NCBI GenBank assembly: GCA_045863475.1
Contig: BTUR01000004.1
Coordinates: 2,628 to 66,627, forward strand
Length of the DNA stretch: 64,000 bases
Origin: Candidatus Campbellbacteria bacterium
GTDB lineage: Bacteria > Patescibacteriota > Minisyncoccia > Phycocordibacterales > EsbW-18
Direction: 5' to 3'
Shown here in pieces: positions 58,891 to 64,000 of the stretch. The notes under the pieces were generated by a model. That model ran no database searches. It had not been told where the DNA came from and saw nothing but the letters and a program-made list of their open reading frames with translations. Both the position numbers and the translations under genes were made by a program. Every line of letters starts with the position of its first letter. Within the stretch, counting starts at the first letter, position 1.

Positions 58891-61800
58891 ATGAATACTC
58901 TTACGTATATTGCGTCTAAGTTGTACCGAAGCCTCGGTGTGACTCTCTCGGTTTCTTTGGTATTGGGTACACTTCTCGTTGCAGGTGTTTTTGTGGGTGA
59001 TGTTTTTGCTCAAGAAGGTGACCCGGACACTCAAACAATAGATGAGTCACAACCAGCAAGTCCTGAAGTAGGAGAGGGGAATGGAGAAGATATACCCTCT
59101 GGAGTCGACGCTGGAGGAGACACTCCTTCGGACACCAATCCTGACGAACAAGGAGAGGAAAACGGCGGTCACGTTCCTCTGGACAGCGACTCTGACGGTA
59201 TTGTGGATGAAGATGATAACTGTCCCAACGAGGCAAATGCCGGACAAGAAGATACGGATGGTGATGGGATAGGTGATTTCTGCGACGACGTAGACGATTC
59301 AGCTCCTGTTGTAGAAGGTCTGGCGGTCCCTGCGGGGAAGGGATCTTCTGGAGATGATGAAGAAAACACGGGTGGGGAAGACTGGGACGAGGACGGCATT
59401 TCAAACGAAAGTGACAACTGTCCTATCACACAAAACCCCGGTCAGGAAGATGAAGACAAAAACGACATCGGAGACGTCTGTGAAGATTTGGCAGTTGGGC
59501 CACAACAAGACGAGTCAATGATGCGATCGTTCTTTGTCCCGCAAATCGAATTTCCCAAAAAAGTAGACATCTGTCACGCGAATAACGGCAACGGATACAC
59601 GTCAAACAACGTCTCTATAAGTTCGATTCTTGGATTCCACGGACATCATTCGCACGGTGGAGATATTATTCCTCCATTTTGGTACAAGGTTGTAATTATT
59701 CCCTTCTACTACTCTGGAAAAAATTGGGACACCGAGGGGCAGGCAATCTGGAACAATGGTTGTGAACCACTTCCTGTTGAAAACTTCTGTCGTGTTGAAG
59801 TTGTGAGTGACACAACAAACGAGGTTGTCGAAACGGGCAACGATGCTGTCGCAACGTGGGACGACCACACCGCATGGACGGCAAACATCCCAGGTGCAAC
59901 GTGGATCTGGAAGTCACCGTTTGTGGAGAATCCGACAGCGAACGAGACGTATACCTTCAAGAAAACGTTCCTGGTTGAGGATGTTGACACCGCGGTGCTT
60001 GATATTGCTGCCGACAATAGCTATGAAGTATTCATCAACGGAAACAATGTAGCCATTCCTACACAAGGTGATGAAGACAACTTCCGTTCCACAACCCAAG
60101 ACAACAACGTAGACATAGCGGTAACGGGTTTTCTCAATGAAAATGCACCCAACTCAATTGAGGTGCGTGTTCGAAACTGGGCACAGGGCGGCGGCACCGC
60201 ACAGTCAAACCCTGCAGGTGCGCTCTACAAACTTACCGTAAACGAAGAGTCGGAAGAGGACTTTTGTCCGCAACCGCCTCCACAAGGACCCGATACACTG
60301 CTCACCATCATTAAGAAGGTGCTTGGTGAGGGGCTCCTTTCGTCGGGCGATTTCACGCTCGGATTGAGCTGGTACACAGGAGACAACGACAACGAATCAT
60401 TCCCCGGCGAAGACGAACCAGGAACGACGTTTGAGGTGAATCCGGGGACATTTATTGTTGGGGAGAATCTTACCCCGGGCTACTCCATGCTCCGCGACAA
60501 CATCTGTGTCGGTGGACAGATAGACGAAGGCGAGACGGTTACCTGCACAATAACGAACAAATATCTTCCGCAGGGTGGTGATGATTATATGTGTGAAGAT
60601 TTCCCGCAGCTCTCGGGTTGGTACGGGCAGTACTACAACTATCCGAAGAGCCGCGATGACATGTACGATGTGTACAACGGCGATCCGGTTCCCGGTAATG
60701 ATGGCCTTGGTAGCTCGATACACGGCGAGCCTGTACTCCTCGGCGACGACGCATACGAGTGGTACAACACGGAAGATTACTTCCGTTTCAGTCGCGTTGA
60801 TGCGGACCTCGAATTCGGCGAGATGTTCTTCCCGTTCTACGGCTCGTCCGTTGAAGAGGTGGTGTACTACCCTGACGTTGACTATCATTTTGGTGTCCAC
60901 TGGTCGGGAGAAGTCACGGTTCCGGTTGATGGCGCAAGCTATAACTTTACCGGCAAGGTTGATGATGATCTCTGGATTTACGTCAATGGAAACTTACACA
61001 ACTTCCCAGCACCGGCACCAACGGGTGTTCACGGACCGGTTGCGATAAGTGGCGCACTCACACTCTCTTCGGGCGACATCATTGATATCTACTATGCAGA
61101 GCGCGCACCGAGTGAGGCGGCTATGCGCTTCGCATTTACAGATGAAGGTGTCTCGGTTCAGCCACACTCCGCGTCGTGCGGGCAGTGTGTTGAAGGACCG
61201 ACATGGGCCGCGTACGTTGTTGATTCCGAGCAAGGCACGAACAAGGGTGGTAATCCTATTGCTCCCTCACGTTCCATTCCTGGAAACGTACTTGGCACAC
61301 CGGATGGAAGTGGCACTGCTCCGGGAACCGGATTCTTCGCACTCGGTGTTGAAGGAACCATTACCGTTGAGTTCGATCACTTTGTTGAGAACGTTCAAGG
61401 TGACGACCTCTCATTCCACGAAATCACGAATGGGCGCTCGACGTACCCCGAAGAAAACGCTGTCGTCGAGGTGAGCCAAGATGGAGATGATTGGGAAGAA
61501 ATCGGAGAAGTGTCGAGTTTGGTTGCCGTTGATTATCTCGACTTCGATTCAACAGGGTGGTCATGGATTAAGTTCGTCCGCGTTACTGACTCAACGAACT
61601 ATGGACCGCACACAGACGATGCCGACGGCTACGACATTGACGCAATTGATGCTACCAATGGGCTCTGCAAAGAGCCGGATGGCGGGGGAAACGGTGACGA
61701 AGAGCAGATTATCGTTGTCAAACAAAGCAATCTACAAGGATGGGTTCATGGACCCGAAGGCGGTGATGATGCCGCTGGAGCATTCATCGACGGCCCCCTT

Positions 61801-62874
61801 ACCGCGCCCCGCGGCGATGGTAGCTTCCAGATGGTTCTCGATGATGGGTCGGATTCATACGTTCTCGCGCTCGCGTCGTACCTCGGTGTTCGCCTCGCGG
61901 ACATTCAGGAGCTTGGGTACAAAACCTTTGTCGACGTGGCATCACCTGGGACTGTCCAGACCATCGCGTTCCAGTTCAACATTGATGATAACGTTACTGA
62001 TTTAGACAATGGCTGGAAGGGCCGACTTGTCTATGAACCGTATCAGTCAGGAGAGACCATCACGAAGGGTGTGTGGCAGGAGTGGTCACCACTGGGAGGA
62101 GAGTGGTGGGCTACTGGTGCTCCATTGAACGCGCTTTGTCCTCAGGCAGATCCTTGTACGCTCTCTGAAATATTGACCGCATATCCAGACGCGGGTATCC
62201 ACCCAACACTCGGTGCGGTGCTCTTCAAGGCAGGAAGTGGCTGGGCACCAGGGTTCACCGGCTCGGTTGATGACTTTGTCATCAAGACCGGTGGCATGAG
62301 AACCATTTACGACTTCGAACCGGAACAGGGTACACCAACATTCGCATGTAGTGATGATGTGGATAACGACCAGGATGGATTGACGGATTATCCCGCGGAC
62401 CCCGGCTGTGGTTCTCTTGAGGATGATGATGAGACCAACCAGACCACAGTGACTACCAATGGCGGAGACAACAGCCCAAAGAGCCAGAGTAGACGACAAG
62501 GATTTAGCCGCAGCAGGGGATCGGTTTTGGGTGCATCAACAGGCTCCCTCTGTCCTTTCCTTAGCGACTATCTCCACATCAGCTTCCAGAATGATCCGAC
62601 TGAGGTCAACAAGGTGAAGATTTTCTTCAACGCGTACCTCAACAAGAACCTTGTGCTCGACGGAGTGTTCGACCAGGCAATGTTTGATGCCGTTGTCGAA
62701 TTCCAGAGCATGTTCAAACCGGACGTTCTTGATTCGTGGGTTCAGCACTACAGCTTCTTGGATGAAAACCCGACAGGATATATTTATCAGACCACAAAAT
62801 GGAAAATAAATAGCATTTTGTGTCCTGGGTATGAAGCGTTTCCTGACACGCTTATCATCGATCCTCGTGCATAA
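58891..62874 (+). CDS. Large secreted/surface protein: thrombospondin type-3 repeats, PA14-like domain, C-terminal PG-binding-like domain
   Basis: 'DSDSDGIVDEDDNCP..AN..QEDTDGDGIGD.C'; 'FGVHWSG...DDDLWIYVNG'; 'DGVFD....DAV..FQ...TGY....TK..IN'. Confidence 0.8.
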   Translation: MNTLTYIASKLYRSLGVTLSVSLVLGTLLVAGVFVGDVFAQEGDPDTQTIDESQPASPEVGEGNGEDIPSGVDAGGDTPSDTNPDEQGEENGGHVPLDSDSDGIVDEDDNCPNEANAGQEDTDGDGIGDFCDDVDDSAPVVEGLAVPAGKGSSGDDEENTGGEDWDEDGISNESDNCPITQNPGQEDEDKNDIGDVCEDLAVGPQQDESMMRSFFVPQIEFPKKVDICHANNGNGYTSNNVSISSILGFHGHHSHGGDIIPPFWYKVVIIPFYYSGKNWDTEGQAIWNNGCEPLPVENFCRVEVVSDTTNEVVETGNDAVATWDDHTAWTANIPGATWIWKSPFVENPTANETYTFKKTFLVEDVDTAVLDIAADNSYEVFINGNNVAIPTQGDEDNFRSTTQDNNVDIAVTGFLNENAPNSIEVRVRNWAQGGGTAQSNPAGALYKLTVNEESEEDFCPQPPPQGPDTLLTIIKKVLGEGLLSSGDFTLGLSWYTGDNDNESFPGEDEPGTTFEVNPGTFIVGENLTPGYSMLRDNICVGGQIDEGETVTCTITNKYLPQGGDDYMCEDFPQLSGWYGQYYNYPKSRDDMYDVYNGDPVPGNDGLGSSIHGEPVLLGDDAYEWYNTEDYFRFSRVDADLEFGEMFFPFYGSSVEEVVYYPDVDYHFGVHWSGEVTVPVDGASYNFTGKVDDDLWIYVNGNLHNFPAPAPTGVHGPVAISGALTLSSGDIIDIYYAERAPSEAAMRFAFTDEGVSVQPHSASCGQCVEGPTWAAYVVDSEQGTNKGGNPIAPSRSIPGNVLGTPDGSGTAPGTGFFALGVEGTITVEFDHFVENVQGDDLSFHEITNGRSTYPEENAVVEVSQDGDDWEEIGEVSSLVAVDYLDFDSTGWSWIKFVRVTDSTNYGPHTDDADGYDIDAIDATNGLCKEPDGGGNGDEEQIIVVKQSNLQGWVHGPEGGDDAAGAFIDGPLTAPRGDGSFQMVLDDGSDSYVLALASYLGVRLADIQELGYKTFVDVASPGTVQTIAFQFNIDDNVTDLDNGWKGRLVYEPYQSGETITKGVWQEWSPLGGEWWATGAPLNALCPQADPCTLSEILTAYPDAGIHPTLGAVLFKAGSGWAPGFTGSVDDFVIKTGGMRTIYDFEPEQGTPTFACSDDVDNDQDGLTDYPADPGCGSLEDDDETNQTTVTTNGGDNSPKSQSRRQGFSRSRGSVLGASTGSLCPFLSDYLHISFQNDPTEVNKVKIFFNAYLNKNLVLDGVFDQAMFDAVVEFQSMFKPDVLDSWVQHYSFLDENPTGYIYQTTKWKINSILCPGYEAFPDTLIIDPRA

Positions 62875-63016
62875 CAGTGGGGCAGAGGATATACAAAAAC
62901 CGTTCCGGAGAACCGGAACGGTTTTTGTTTTTTGGAGTATTGTGGAGATATTGCCTTTTTTATAAAACGTGTTATTATGAACATACGAAAAATCAGGTTT
63001 GTTACAATAAACATTG

Positions 63017-64000
63017 ATGTTTGAAGCCATGAGACGACACCTCACTGACTACTTCATACCGCACGGTGGCAACGACCACAAGCCGCACATGGTTCGCGAT
63101 GCGTCCATTGTCGTGCTGTTGCTCGTGGTTGTGCTGACCTTCGGTTTCTCCGTGTTCCAGTCGCTCCTTATCCGCACATCAACGGAGTTTACCGCGGCCG
63201 TGCTGCCATCAGTTCTCGTGGATCTGGCCAACGAAGACCGGGAGGATGAGGGGCTGTCACAGCTTACCGTCAATCCTGTTTTGGCAGAGGCTGCGCGCAT
63301 GAAGGCGGAGGATATGGCCGAATACGAATACTTTGCACACACGTCACCTGCGGGCATCAACCCGTGGTACTGGTTTTACCGTGCAGGCTACGAATTTGTG
63401 CACGCCGGTGAGAACTTGGCGGTGAACTTTGTGGATTCAGAAGATGTTGAGCAGGCGTGGATGGATTCTCCCGGACACCGTGCAAACATTCTCAACGGAG
63501 ATTTCACTGAAATCGGCATTGCAGCAATTCCGGGAACCTACAAAGGAAAGAAGACGATTTTCGTCGTGCAGTTGTTCGGTACGCCTGCCGCGGCAAGCAT
63601 CACAGGTACCGTTGAACGAACACCGGTTGTTCAAGCAACGGAGAATCCACAGGTTGCGGGCGAGCAGGTTGAAAATGTTCCCGCACCTGATATGTACCGC
63701 GAGGTGACGCTGACACAAGAGTTTGTTCCGAGTGGACCAGCCCAAGACGTCGTCGGAGCCGCGGCCCAGGAAACGCAGGTAGCGCTCTCAGATGCCCCCC
63801 AGAACGTCGAAAACGAGCCGGCGACGGCTCCTGTGGAGAAAGTCTCGCAGGCGTCTGTGTGGCAGAAATTCCTCACCCAGCCGCGCTCTCTCGTCAAAGG
63901 TGTCTACTTCTTTATCGGCGCACTTTTACTGCTCGTTATTGTGCTCATGGTGTGGTATCAGGTGCACTACCGCCACGCGCGTGAATTCTTACATGCGGTT
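63017..64000 (+). CDS. CAP/SCP domain protein (3'-partial)
   Basis: Translates as 'YFIPH..N.HKPH...AA.MKA.DM....YFAH.SP.G..PW.WF...GY....AGENLA.NF......AWMDSPGHRANIL...FTEIGI'. Confidence 0.85.
   Translation, partial: MFEAMRRHLTDYFIPHGGNDHKPHMVRDASIVVLLLVVVLTFGFSVFQSLLIRTSTEFTAAVLPSVLVDLANEDREDEGLSQLTVNPVLAEAARMKAEDMAEYEYFAHTSPAGINPWYWFYRAGYEFVHAGENLAVNFVDSEDVEQAWMDSPGHRANILNGDFTEIGIAAIPGTYKGKKTIFVVQLFGTPAAASITGTVERTPVVQATENPQVAGEQVENVPAPDMYREVTLTQEFVPSGPAQDVVGAAAQETQVALSDAPQNVENEPATAPVEKVSQASVWQKFLTQPRSLVKGVYFFIGALLLLVIVLMVWYQVHYRHAREFLHAV

Overview
The window looks like a Patescibacteria (CPR, Parcubacteria-like) chromosome segment. Supporting traits are shortened core genes (short EF-Ts, IF2 and PheS), mostly SD-less starts, VirB2-like pilin arrays and large surface proteins. 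It carries housekeeping genes (rpmE, prfA, rpsB, tsf, pheS/pheT, gyrB, ychF, leuS, mltG, gyrA, rbfA, infB, clpB, rpmG, murJ, lepA, valS), 10 tRNAs and RNase P RNA. The standout is at about 12.05-14.35 kb: an IS110/Nop-domain (Tas-like) gene with an apparently degenerate RuvC-like domain, flanked on both sides by 14 stem-loop units of the form stem-CGA-N9-TG-hairpin-CGA-N9-TG-stem. This resembles a TIGR dual-spacer guide-RNA array, and duplicated scaffolds carry replaced spacers. Other notable signals are: (1) a family of short inverted-repeat elements with 4-bp target duplications, one carrying a GIY-YIG nuclease inserted at the pheT start codon; (2) an NlpC/P60 domain inserted inside PheT; (3) a conserved structured element downstream of five tRNAs; (4) a roughly 540-nt candidate ncRNA with its own promoter; and (5) a sortase with a VPYTG substrate. 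All calls were made by eye and no database searches were run.
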